A stretch of 64,000 nt of DNA from the human T2T-CHM13v2.0 reference genome, Homo sapiens, in NCBI RefSeq assembly GCF_009914755.1, contig NC_060934.1; one strand, given 5' to 3'. Below are positions 13,309 to 42,829 of the stretch, piece by piece; the first letter of the stretch is position 1; the number at the start of each line of letters is the position of its first letter. Position numbers and translations under genes: made by a program. The notes under the pieces were generated by a model. That model was not told where the DNA came from. It saw only the letters and a program-made list of their open reading frames with translations, and did no database searches.

Positions 13309-14079
13309 GTTTGTGAGTGTTTCTTCTTCATATGTTAGTGACTATTTTAATGGATTTTTATTCCTCTTAGCTTTCCATGCTATGTCAACTTTATAAATTC
13401 TGGAAACACAATAGAAACATTTACTGTTACTTACAAATTATTCTAACCCTTAAACCAACAAACTTGCAACTGACATTACCAAGCCGAGTCACGGTGTAAT
13501 CAAGGTCATGTCTGAAGCATTTATCTCCTTTGTAAAGTTCAAGTAGAGGAAAACAGTGAAGCCAAAGAGAAGCCTTTCAACAGCCCTATTATATGAGAAT
13601 GGGATATTAGGTAAATTAGAAAACATTTGAAACAAAAAGAAAAATTGGGGTAGCTCTTTTCCTCCTCGCTTATTATTCAGGCCATGAGTTGAATGCCATG
13701 GCTTTATACTGGAAACAGTGAGTGAATCGTGAGTATTCAGTGACATTGTGTAGACTTCTGTTTTTTATCATGAGGAGCAATGTTTATTGTTTGATCATAT
13801 AGAACTTTTGATTATAAAATGATAGCTAATCAGGTATAATGGTCAGTCCAATTGCAGAGTTCCCTTTTTTCCTGCATAATTTTAGATGTTGATCACTAAG
13901 TTCACTAAGATTCTAAGGAGATATTTAAGTAATTTGTGGTCTCTAACACAAGTACACGATATTTTTTCTTATAAGAGTTGGAAAAGTTGCAATAAGTTCT
14001 TTCATTTTGTAAAAAATTCTAAAACCTGTATACTTCAGGACAATGCAAATGATGCCAGCAATTACTTTTACTTATGATT

Positions 14080-14745
14080 TTCTATTGTAAAATATACATA
14101 ACATAAATGGACCATTGTAAAGGTGTGCAGTTCTGTGGCATTAAGTATACATTGTTATTCAACCATCATCCCCATCCTTCTCCAGAACTTTTGTTCCCTC
14201 CCAAATTGAAACACTGTTCCCATTAAACATAACTCCCCATTCTCCACCACTTCCAGCCCCTGGCAACCACCATTCCTTTTTTTGTCTCTCTGAATTTGTC
14301 TATTCTAGGTACCTTTTATAAATGGACTTGTACATTATTTGTCTTTTTATGACTGGCTTACTTCACTTAGTATGATGTCTTCAGGGTTCATTCATGTTGT
14401 AGCCTGTGTCGGGATTTCGTTGTGTGTTTCGTTGTGTGTTTAAGGCAGAATAATATATGTACATTCCACATTTGTTTATCCATTCACTCACTGATGGACA
14501 TTTGGGTTGTTTCAACCTTTTGGCTCTTGTGATTAATGCCGCTATGAACATCGATGTGCAAATCTCTGTTCAAATTCTTGCTTTCAGGTGTTTTTTTTTG
14601 GGTCTGTACCTTGAAGTAGAATTGCTGGATCATATAGTAATTGTCTATTTAATTTTTGAGGAAGCACCACACTGTTTTCCACAGTGGCTGTACCATCTAA
14701 GCTTCCTATCAGCAGTGCCCAAGGGTTCCAATTTCTTGCAATTCA
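14080..14745 (-). mobile_element. L1MB-like 3' end
   Basis: CCCCTGGCAACCACCATT...GATGGACATTTGGGTTGTTTC...ATTGCTGGATCATATAGTAA. Confidence 0.75.
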
Positions 14746-16136
14746 TTTCTTAGAATCGGTTCTACTTTAATAGCATTTTGAAGTGTTACCTATTTGTCTC
14801 AGGAAGTATGTTTAAATTTGGCATAAGTTGTTGTACAGTCTGTGTGTCAGGGTTGCCTCATCTGAAAAACTGGACAGCTACTGGACCTAAGTGGTAGGGA
14901 TTTGTTGTGAATTGGTGGCTCATCATTTAGGTGCTCTGGATCTTAGCTGCAGTGGGTTCTACTGAATGATACTAACACACCGACAGCCCAGAACCAAAAC
15001 TAGGACTTTGATCATAATCTACACTTAACTATTTGGTCCTTCTTGTCTTATTTTTATAGCATGCAAATATTCCATAATAAAATTCTCTTAAAGTGCTATG
15101 GTTATCATATTTAAATACTAGCAAGGAAATGTAACTAAGATAACAGGTTTAGATTAGGTAGTGAAGAAGTATGAAAAACAATTTAGTGTTTTTTTTGTTT
15201 TGTTTTGTGTTGTTTTGATACTGACTTCTGGCTGAAATTACTATATTACTATAGATTTTTGGGTTTCTTTTCTGGGTTATTTGAAGCAAAAAAAGAAACT
15301 CATTTAGTTTTATGCAAACAATATAAATTATAAACATTTTAAAAGGAAAATAACAAATCTTGAGAACACTACTTTTCACTTTTTATCTAACACATGTGGA
15401 TTAAGAAGGAAAAATATTGCTGATTTGTAATATATGCATATGGTTTATAAGGATGCAGTAAGTGGTAGGCAGTACAGTAAGATGCTTGTCAAAACGTTCT
15501 CCTCTTCATAAGAAAAGGATATAAAATGCAATTCTTTGGTTACCATTTAAAAATATAACCATACAAGACCATTTCTTGTCATTTACAATCTGAAATATTT
15601 TTTTTTCATGGGTACAGCATGTTAGAAAGTTCCTGGTATTCTGATTAGTGGTGCAAAGTGAGGTACAGAGGTGAACCCCTTTGATAATGATGCTGTTCAC
15701 CATGCTCTTTATTTTCCTTTTATTTCCTTAAGAGCCACAGACAGGCCAGACTTTGGTCTTAAAATATTATTAGCAAGGTCCTTCCATGGGGTTCCCTCTT
15801 ATCAGCCACTCAGCTTGGTTCATGTCAAAAAAGCCTGTGAAAGTCTCCCTCCACAGCAGCTGGAGCTGGCGAGTGTGCACACATAGAAGGCCTGAAGGGG
15901 CAGCAGGCTGTGAGAGGCACAGCGTGGACCTCACGGCATCACTGAGACATGACTCAGCGAGTCACTGAGTTTCTGGTCTTCCCAAGTCACTTTACCTTTC
16001 TGAACTTTATATTCATCTGTAAAATAAGTGTAATAACACCTACCACATTGGGGAAATGGAGAATCAAGTAATTTTTTTTTTGTTAACACATTTATATAAA
16101 ATTGGACAGTGTTTAACATATAAAATACATAACAGT

Positions 16137-16712
<576 letters not shown>

Positions 16713-16837
16713 AAAACACATGACAGCGAATATTAGTTCTCGTCCCCTTTTTCTTTTCTTGCTCTTAAATAATTTACTTTTGAATTGAAATACAATATAC
16801 ATTAGTGAAGTCACGCTATAAGGGGAATCGGTGTCAA

Positions 16838-17000
16838 GCTGCATTCAGTGGCACACCCATAGTCCTAGCTACTTGGAAGGCCAAGGCAGGAAGATCGCTT
16901 GAGCCCAGGAGTTTGAGGCTGTAGTGCGCGATGATTGAGCCTGTGAATGCCCACTGCACTTCAGCCTGGGCAACATAGCAGGACCCTGTCTCTGAAAAAA
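16838..17000 (+). mobile_element. FAM-type fossil Alu monomer
   Basis: Monomer retaining the 7SL-derived ...GCCTGTGAATGCCCACTGCACT segment that dimeric Alu right arms lack. Confidence 0.65.
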
Positions 17001-17412
17001 AGAGACGAATCAATGTAAAGTAGTGTTACCATCACGTGCTGAGGATCTGAGGGAACAGACTTACTAGCTGGGCTGGATAGGTACTTGACTGAGGAGCTGT
17101 GTGATTATCTGCAGTGTGAAGATGACAGATGAGGAGATGATGTGGAAGGAGTTATTGCCTGCTTTATCTGATTATATGTTTAGAAGTGAGACCTCTTTGA
17201 AAATATTTTATACATGCATATTTTTGCTTGGACTGTTACAGTTCTGATGGCTGGTACCCAGTGTGTTTTATCCAAGAACATTCTCTCCCCAGCTTGCCAT
17301 ACATATTTTCAGATTCACACCAATACCATATTTTTTTGCTTCCTATTTTATTGTGCTGAGGAATGTCTGAAAATAGTACAGCGTACTATGCCAAAGTCAT
17401 TGTTGGTTCTCA

Positions 17413-17832
<420 letters not shown>

Positions 17833-17899
17833 TTATTGCAGGAAACTTACCAAGCTCAACTTAAACTTGGTAAAGATACTGTGAGGTTGCCACTTTTAG

Positions 17900-20620
<2,721 letters not shown>

Positions 20621-20624
20621 ATTT

Positions 20625-23200
20625 CTTTTCTTTTTTTAATTTTAATTTTTTTTAATTATAAAATTTCAGGTTACATTTGTATATATCTGGGGGGTGCAAA
20701 GCGATGTTATGTTTTATAAATACAATGTGGAATAATTAAGTCAAGCTAGTTAACATACCTGTCACCTCAAATGCCTATCGTTTTTTGTGGAGAGAACATT
20801 TAAAACTTACTCTCTTAATGATTTTCAAATGTGTAATACATTATTATTTTTCTTTTTCACCATGCTGTGCAATGTATCAAAAAAAGTACTCCTCCTGTCA
20901 GATTGAGGCTTTGTACCCTTTGCCTATCATCTCTGTATCCCCACATCCCCACATCCCCTGCCCCAGCCTCTGTAACCACTGTTCTACTCTCTGCTTCTTG
21001 GAATTTGGTTCTTTTCGTCCACATATAAGTGAGAACATGTGGTATGTCTCCTTCTGTGCCTGGCTTACTTCACTTAGCAGAATTGTTTGAATTCCATCTA
21101 TGTTGTCACAAATGACAAAATTTCCTTCTTTTTTTAAAGGCTGAATAATAATACTTTTTAATTTTTATGGGTACACAGTAAGTATAAATATTTATGGAGT
21201 ACATAAGAATTTTAATAAAAGCACACCACAATGTGTAGTAATTACATCAGACTAAATTGGATATTTACCACCTGAAGCATTTATCATTTCTTTCTTATTT
21301 ATTTATTTATTTTTGAGACAGTCTCGCACTGTCACCCAGGCTGGAGTGCAGTGGTGTGATCTCAGCTCACTGCAAGCTCCATCTCCTAGGTTCAAGTTTA
21401 AGTGATTCTTGTGCCCCACCCTCCCCAGTAGTTGGGATTACAGGTGCCCACCACCACACCCGGCTAATTTTTGTGTTTTTAGTAGAGATGCGATTTCACC
21501 GTGTTGGCCAGGCTGGTCTGAAACCCCTGGCCTCAAGTGATCTGCCCACCTCAGCCTCCCAAAGTGCTGGGATTACAGGCATGAGCCACTGCACCTGGCC
21601 CAGCATTTATCATTTCTTTGTGCTACAGATATTCCAGTTATACTCTTTTAGTTATTTTTAAATGTACAGGGTGCAGTAGCTCACACTTGTAATCTTGTCA
21701 CTTTGGGAGTCTGAGGCAGGAGGATGATTTGAGGCCAGGAGTTCGAGATAAAATGTTCAATAAATTATTGTTGACTTTAGTCACCCTGTGGTGCTATTAA
21801 AGGCTGAATAGTATTCTGTGGTGTATATATATTACATTTTCTTTATCCACTCATCTGTTAATGGACACTTAGGTTATTTCTGTAACTTGGCTATTGGGAA
21901 CAGTGCTGCAGTGAACTTGGGAGAGCAGAATCTCTTCCACATAATCTTTTCAAATCTTTTGGGTAAATACTCAGGAGTGGGGTTGCTGGATTATATGGTA
22001 ATTCTATTTTGAGTTTTTGGAGGAAACTCCACATAGTTTTCCATGACTACTAATCTAAATTCCCACCAACAGTGTACAAGGATTCCCCCTTTTCTCCACA
22101 TCCCTGCTAACACTTGTTACCTTTCATCTTTTTTATAGCAGCCATTCTAACAGGTGTGAGGTAATATCTCACTGTGGTTTTATTTCTGTAATGATTAGTA
22201 ATGTTGAACATTTTTTCATGTATTTGTTGGCAGTTTGTATGTCTTATTTTGAGGAATGTCTATTCATTTTTTATTGGATTATTTCTTTCTGTAGGGTTTT
22301 CTTTTTTCCTTTTTTGGGGACCCAGCAATACTGCTGATTTATTACAAGTCCCCAAGAGGGCTTCAGTTTTTCTTTTCAACATCCTGTTCTGTAGCTTCCA
22401 TGTCTCTTTTTGTCCATATGTGGAGGAGCCAGGCATTGGCACGGGCCATGCAGCAACTAGCAAAGGCTCTGAAATTCTTCTCCTCAGTGGTGACTTGAGC
22501 TTTCTCCTTCTCATAGACATTCTGGATGGGCATGACTGGTCCTGTCAGCTGGGTGGCCAATTGCAGTTCTTCAGCAGAACTGTCTCCCTTCCTGGGGACC
22601 GAGGGCTTCCTGGGGAAGAGGATGAGTTTGGAGCGGTACCCCTTCAGCCGCTGCACAGTGCGTGTGGAAGTGGGGCTTCAAGATCTTGCCATTCCCGCTG
22701 GGCACCATGGCTGCCTGCTGTCCTCCGGCACAGGACAACAGCCAGACTGTTCTTTCTATAGAGTTGTTTGGGTTCCTTATATATTTTGCCTTTTTTTTTG
22801 GTGGTGGTTGTGGCTCTTGTTGTTGTTGAGTTGCTTACATGTTTTGGGCGTGAGCCCCTTGTCAGATGTGTGGGTGCACGTGTTTTCCTCCTCACCCACA
22901 GGTTGTGCCTTCACTCTGCTGTTTCCTTTATTGTGCCAAAGCTTTTTATTTTGATGGAATCCCATTTGTTCAGTTTTGCTTTTGTCACCCTGCGCTTTTG
23001 GGGCCAAATATAAAAAATAATTGCCCAGACCAGTGTCTTACAGTTTTTCCCCTATGTTTTCTTTTAGCAGTTTTGTAGTTTCAAGTCTTACATTTAGGTC
23101 TTTATTCCATTTTGAGTTGATTTTTCTAAGTGGTATGAGATAAGGATCCAATTTCATTCTTCTGCATATGGATATCCAGTTGTCTCCACGCTGGGAAATA
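20625..23200 (-). mobile_element. L1MA-type element hosting a nested L1MA 3' end (21148-21796), Alus and the RPL13 retrocopy
   Basis: Antisense L1 ORF2/3' sequence. Nested L1 TSD TTAAAGGCTGAATA at 21134-21147 and 21797-21810. Inner Alu TSD AGCATTTATCATTTCTTT at 21276-21293 and 21602-21619. Confidence 0.8.
22299..22749 (-). pseudogene. RPL13 processed pseudogene with a large internal deletion and frameshift
   Basis: On the - strand: 5'UTR-like ...AGGCAGCC, then ATG(22708) [14 protein letters not shown] (RPL13 MAPSRNGMVLKPHFH), fused to [42 protein letters not shown]...[14 protein letters not shown] at 22343-22338, a degenerate poly(A), and imperfect TSD TTCTTTCT(G/A)TAG(G/A)GTT at 22283-22298 and 22750-22765. 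Confidence 0.92.
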
Positions 23201-23864
23201 GCATTTCAAGTACACAGTCTCGGTGCTAAGGGATACTTATTATATATAACTCGGTTGTTCATTGTTTCTAGGCAATAAGTAAATAAATATTTATATACAT
23301 GTAGATGTGTGTGAATAGATAGATAGGTGGATAGGGTTCCTCCTGAGTTCATGCAGATTTTCCAATTCATATTTAGGACTACAAGGTTTTTATTTTTTAT
23401 GTTACATCCATAAATACTGTCATCCATACTGAGAATTCTGGTTCTCAGGAATAAAGAAGATGATAAAATTAGAATATTCCATAATTATTCATTTGCTTTA
23501 TCCCAGATTACACGTACAATATTGCAACTGATACTATCATTCATGATTACTGAAACAGGTAAAAAAAATTTTTTTTGCTCATTCTGTCCTATGAAACCAA
23601 TTTTCTTTCATTTTACCGTGTGTATCTTGTCAGATCATATAGCTACTGTCTTGAGTTCTGCTACCTAATTTCTGAGTTTTTTCTGATTTTGATTTATATA
23701 CTTTCATGTCTTTTAGATCATTTCAAGATAGAACATTATAGGTTCATCAGTTTTTTCGAGTGTGTGTTTCTCTCGTACTTTCATTGTCTGGAGGGATGTT
23801 TTGCTATTTAGTCTTCTCTTCTTTATAGAAACTATATGTGAGTTAGTTTTCTGAGCCTTTAGAA

Positions 23865-24091
23865 CACAGGTGTCCAATCTTTTGGCTTCCCTGGGTCACA
23901 CTGGAAGAAGAAGGATTGTCTTTGGCCACACATAAAATACACTAACACCATCGATAGCTGCTGAGCTAGAAAAAAAAGTCACACACAAAAAAGTCATAAT
24001 GTTTTAAGAAAGTTTACAACTTTGTGTTGGGCTGCATTCAAAGCCGTCCTGGGCCGCATATGGCCCATGGGCTGTGGGTTGGACAAGCTTG
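23865..24091 (+). mobile_element. MER30 (hAT-Charlie MITE), full length
   Basis: GGTGTCCAATCTTTTGGCTTCCCTGGG...GGTTGGACAAGCTTG with a perfect 8-bp TSD CTTTAGAA at 23857-23864 and 24092-24099. Confidence 0.9.
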
Positions 24092-25029
24092 CTTTAGAAG
24101 GAGATTCAGGGTAGCTCCTCTGACTTTGCAGTGCTCCCTCTTCTATCGTTTTTGCGGAATGTTCCAAATATGGGAACTTGCTCACTGAGATTTTTTGTTT
24201 GTTTTCCTCCACCACTTTTACCTGGATCTTCTCTTCCCTTCATGTCAGTTTTCCTTTTTCTGGCCAGCTGTGATTCCACTGCCAGCTCTGTCCTCTCAGC
24301 GAGGCTCTGTCCTGGCAGAGAGCAGCCAGGGTCAAGTCTGAGAGCTCCTGGGCTCAACTTCTAGCCCCATTGGATCTCACTCAGCCCCTTGTACTCCCTG
24401 TACTGGAAGTGGTCCCATCCTTCCCAGCCTCAGCCGCTCTTCTCGGGTTGGCCTGCCGGGCTTTCCAGCAGAGGCCTGGTGGCCCTTTTGGGGTTTTCCT
24501 GTTTCAGGTCAGTCTTCCCGTTGCTTCTCACTGTTTCCCTTGCATAGATGCCTCATACTCGGGTCTCATGGCACTTGGTGGCATGTTGTCACCTGCATGT
24601 ATTTTGGCACTGATGGGTGTACTCTGTCACCTGGTTATGTTGGGAAGATGCACAAACTACCTTGCCCCAGCTACCACTTTCTTCCCAGGATTCCCCTTAT
24701 TGAAGCTTTTTGCTGCTTTCATCACTGTTGGGCAATTCCTGAAGCTGCTTTTCTTCAGCGCCATCATACTCCCTTAACTCTCCTTATATGATGAGCTCCA
24801 TCTTGGGGCCTTTCTTGGGCACGTCTTCCCTGGCTCTCCTACTGCTAAAACATTGGTGCTTCTAAAATTTTATCCTTCACCTACTATGTTTCTCACGTTA
24901 CTTAGTTTCAGAGTTGACTTTCCTACTCTCATAGTTTGAACCCCCATCTGTATGCTGATGCCTCCCCAAACTGTCCCTCTACATCCACCTCTCAGACCCT
25001 GCAACCAGTTGCAGTTGGCCATTTCCACG

Positions 25030-25391
<362 letters not shown>

Positions 25392-25695
25392 TCAGTCACC
25401 TAAGCTAGAAACATGAGAATTAGCATTGACCTCTTCTCTCATTCTCCTTCATTCCCTATCTCTAATTCTGCTAATTTTCTTTCTTAAAAAATTTCCAAAA
25501 TATTATTGCATCACTTCCTTTGTTTAAACCTTTATCTCTTGTCTGAACTGTCCTTATCCTCTAAACGAAACTATTAGACAAAAAATTAACACATCCCACA
25601 TTATAAAACACTTTGTTGGCTCTCCAACTGCTTACAGTTACCAAAAATACCTATGGAGAGGAGTTTTCTTTTTTGCATCAAAATGAAAAGAGCTT

Positions 25696-26588
<893 letters not shown>

Positions 26589-27083
26589 GAATAGCTGTAG
26601 TTATTCAAGAGAAAAGATGTTTATTCTTACAACGTAGATTACTTACTGATTTAATAGAGGAATGTTAATGAAGATATTTGCATGGCTTTCAGTTGCTAAA
26701 ATAATGTTTGTGTATGTAAAAGCAGCCATCAAATAATTTATCCTTGATATCACATAATATATTCATAAACATTGTCTCATTTAATCTTGAAACAGGTCCT
26801 AAAGGCAGATGCTGCTATCATTCCCATTTATGGAAGGAGAAATGGAAGTTTAAAAATCATAATTGAATTAACCTGCCTCGTGTTGCATTGGGAATTGGGA
26901 GCAAAGCTGGATTAGGGTTTAGTTGACTCCGTTCAGTGCTGTGTGTATGGGTACCTGCCATGAGTCGGATCCTACACAAGGAACTGGTGTTGAATATAGA
27001 GAGATGAGTGAGATATTCCTCTCTCCCCATTTTGGCCTTTCTGCTGTTGTTTGGAAGTCCCTGCTTGGCCAGGACTGTCCTAA

Positions 27084-35008
<7,925 letters not shown>

Positions 35009-35221
35009 AAAAGGATGAAGTTTTTAAAAATAGTTTTTGATAAAATTTCTTCAAAAAGTATTGTATTAATTTACAGTACTACTGGTAATATAGAATACCC
35101 ATTATATTCTGTCCTTTCATTTAAAATAATGTTTCTAATTTGATAGTTGCTTTATTTGCATTTGTGATTTTTAGTTCTTCTGGTACCAACATTTAACATA
35201 ATTTGAGGAAAGTGTTCTTAA

Positions 35222-36963
<1,742 letters not shown>

Positions 36964-38383
36964 TTAAAGTAAAAAATATTTCTCAGATTTAATGGCATTA
37001 TTACATTTTAACACTTCTCTAGTGTACAGTCCTAATTATGTCTGACATACACAATTGGGAATAGTTAGAAGGAAATCATTCTGGACCAATCAGTAATGGA
37101 ATGAAAAACTCAGGAAGTCCCAATGCCATGGTAAAGGAGAAAAACTCCTTTTTCATTTCCTTTCATGTACAGTGTGTTCAGATTAACTTTAAAGGAGAGT
37201 GAGATGTAGGTCTTAAGATTTTGTCTGCAATTGAGTATTACCTGTATATGGAGCCCATCTCAGCAGGCACCCAGTCATCAGCCAGCAACCCCTTCCAGGT
37301 CCCTCGACAGCTGCTAGATATCCTGTTGCAAATTAAATATGAAGCAGGGATGGACTTAATTTTGCATTTAAAGGATTTCTTAAAGTTCAGCCTCAAATGA
37401 AGTTGTTAGTGTTTTCATTTTTATTGAAGCTGGCTTTGTTGGAAAGGAAGGGGCAGCTAGAATTGTCCTCAGTGGTATTAAAGAAAAATGCTCTGGAAAA
37501 AATAAAGTTTATGCCTAAAGTTTGGCATAAACTTTATGCCAATATGCCTTTATATATCTATATGCCACATTTCATAACTCTTCTTATAAATACTGCACAG
37601 TTGTCAGGCCTGCCAAAATGGTATGTAGCCTACTGTGTCAGTACAGCCTGTTAGTAAACATATGTTTATAGTTTAACTGTTTCCCAGTAGGGTGTTTTTG
37701 AGACTTTCCTTTTTCAGCTTTGTCTTTCTGAATGGTAGTAACAAAGGGAAATAAAACATGGTGAGTTTATATCACACTTTGAGGGACAGGAGGCTAAACT
37801 CTAGAATTAAACTTATGAACCGCAACAACACTTACATGTTTCCTTAGGTACCAAGTGCTTCACACACATTAACTCATTGAATCCTCATAATAATCCTGTG
37901 AAGGAAGTACTAGTATTATCTTTTTTTTTCTTATAGATGAGGGAAATAAAGTGTAGGGATAACTTTTAAGGTATGTTAGAAACTGGTAGATCTAGGATTT
38001 GAATTCAGACAGTCTGACTCTAAAGAGCTTTTTTAAAAAAATTACTGAGCTATTTTTGTCTTTAGATTCTATTACTACAAGTGATATTCCCGTTTGTAAG
38101 ACATCATCCTAAAGGTTCAGTGATCCATAAGGAATATTTGGGATATGTTATGCCACTGGTGTCATCCTGTAGATCTTGCACTTCTGGGACGATTTAGGGT
38201 TATTGCATGGGATGTGTGAATTTATGTTGCATAAGCATTGTATGTAGGCTAAATTTTAAAAAATTATGTAATTGTGTTTTAAATGGGCATAATAGTTGTG
38301 GCTTGGAAAATTAAACTTCATTTAGTATTGCTTAGTTCATAGCTTTCTGTTATTATGTATTGCCCCCAATTATCATATATTAA

Positions 38384-39508
<1,125 letters not shown>

Positions 39509-39649
39509 CTAATATTTAAGAGAGAAAAGTTTAGCTTTAGGGTTTCAGGTTTATTTTCCAGTTCGCCCAAACATCTAAGTTAGCTGTACTGTCATCTCTG
39601 TGTTTATGGTGCTTTGTACATGTGTATGTTATGGTACTTATTATTCATT

Positions 39650-40240
39650 TTATTCAGTTCTTTCAGCACATATTTATTGTTCTCTGATTGTGTGTGCCAG
39701 TCACTATCATGAACACAGAAAATATGTAAGTGAACAAAGCAGATAAACAGTCTCTGCTTTTGTGGAGTTTACACTTCCATGGATGGAACAGAAAGGAAAT
39801 AATAAACATAACAAATAAGTAAATTCTATAGTATGTTTGGAAGAGGATAAGTACTATGAGAAAAACATAGAGCATTTTAAGGAGAAATAAAAATGCTAGA
39901 GTGTGGGAAGGAAAGTTGCAATTAAAAATATGCTAGTCAGGGGAACTAGTGAGAAAGCAACATTCTAGCAAAGACTTCAAAGAGGGGAGAGGGATAGCCA
40001 GGCAGGCCATCTGGGGAGTGAGCACTTCAAGCAGAGAGGATCTGGTGTAAGGCTCACAAAAGGGCACATGGCTGCGGTGTTTGGGCACAGTGTGGAGGTC
40101 AGTGTGACTGGAACAGGGGGTGGTTGGGGCAGAGTGTTAGGAGAGGAGGGATCAAGAGGTAGCACCAGAGATCATCATGGCAGGCCTTGTGGCAGGAGTT
40201 TGACTTTTACTCTCAGTGAGAGGAATTGAAGCATTTTCAT
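39650..40240 (-). mobile_element. L2 3' region
   Basis: TTCAGCACATATTTATTG...GTGTGCCAGTCACTATC... reverse L2 tail. Confidence 0.65.
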
Positions 40241-40249
40241 GTTAAAACA

Positions 40250-41799
<1,550 letters not shown>

Positions 41800-42829
41800 C
41801 AGTGGTGTGTTGGAGCTGGCTCATACCCATTTTTGAGAGTGAGTTGGCAAATGTTGTTTGATATTCAGTCAGTTTATAGGCTGGTTGTTAAACACAGCCT
41901 TTATTTAAAAAAATCATATAAACTTATAATTAAATAAATTATACTAGAAGCAAAGGTGCTCAAACTCCATCACTTTCTAGTTATCTTATTTTTGAGGTTA
42001 AGTTTATTGTAGAGTTGGGTGAAAATACTATATAACTGTGCCTCTGAACACCTCCCAACTCCACATGTGGGGGCATTACATTGGCGGCTTGAAATTGGCC
42101 ATTGTAGGAGTGTTTACATCACAGCAGTCAGCAAATGCTACAGATCATGGCATGATTTATTGTCTTTTTTATTGTCTAGACGTCAGGAGGTGGTGGTGAA
42201 AAATGTAGATTAAACTTCAAAATGTATAGTATCTGTAGCTGTTCCATTGTAAGTAGTACCAAAAATGGTATAAAAATGAGGAAATATTCTTCAACTGTTA
42301 TCTGATTCAGCAAAGAAGTTGCTCACATCATTGACACGTGAAATTCTCACATACCCCTTCCTTGTTTTGCTTTAGATTAAACTAGAGGTCAGCAAACTGC
42401 CTGGCCTGCAGCCTGATTCTGTAAATAAAGTTTTATTGGAACACATCTCTTTCCATATTATGGGTGACTGCTTTGGCACTACAATGGCGGAGATGAGATG
42501 TGACAGAGACTGTATATCCCAAAAGCCTAAAATAGTTACCATCTGGTCCTTTAAGTGTGCTCTTCTGTAGTCTAAACCAACATTCATGCCAAACTGCATT
42601 CATCCATCAGTTGCAACCACAGGTTGGCCACTGATAGATAAGTTTTGGAAATATCAATAAAAACATCTGTGAGAATCAATTGGCTGCATGGAATTTATAA
42701 TAAAGAGTGTTCTTTTTATTTGTAAATTATGTGCTGTGCCTCCTTTATATCAACAAAACTTAGAAGAAACACACACACAATCATTCGCCCCACTCAGCCA
42801 GTTGTTAAACATTTACCAGCATATCTCTC
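41800..42829 (+). mobile_element. MER63 (hAT-Blackjack), both ends, with nested MER58A (42383-42569)
   Basis: CAGTGGTGTGTTGGAGCTGGCTC...GCCAGTTGTTAAACATTTACCAGCA. MER58A core GTAAATAAAGTTTTATTGGAACAC flanked by GATTAAAC/GTCTAAAC. Confidence 0.75.

Noticed and set aside
22363-22656. 97-aa RPL13-like ORF as a functional gene
   Set aside because: It starts at GTG at the deletion junction, is out of frame with the real ATG (22708), has many non-conservative changes and lacks a promoter.
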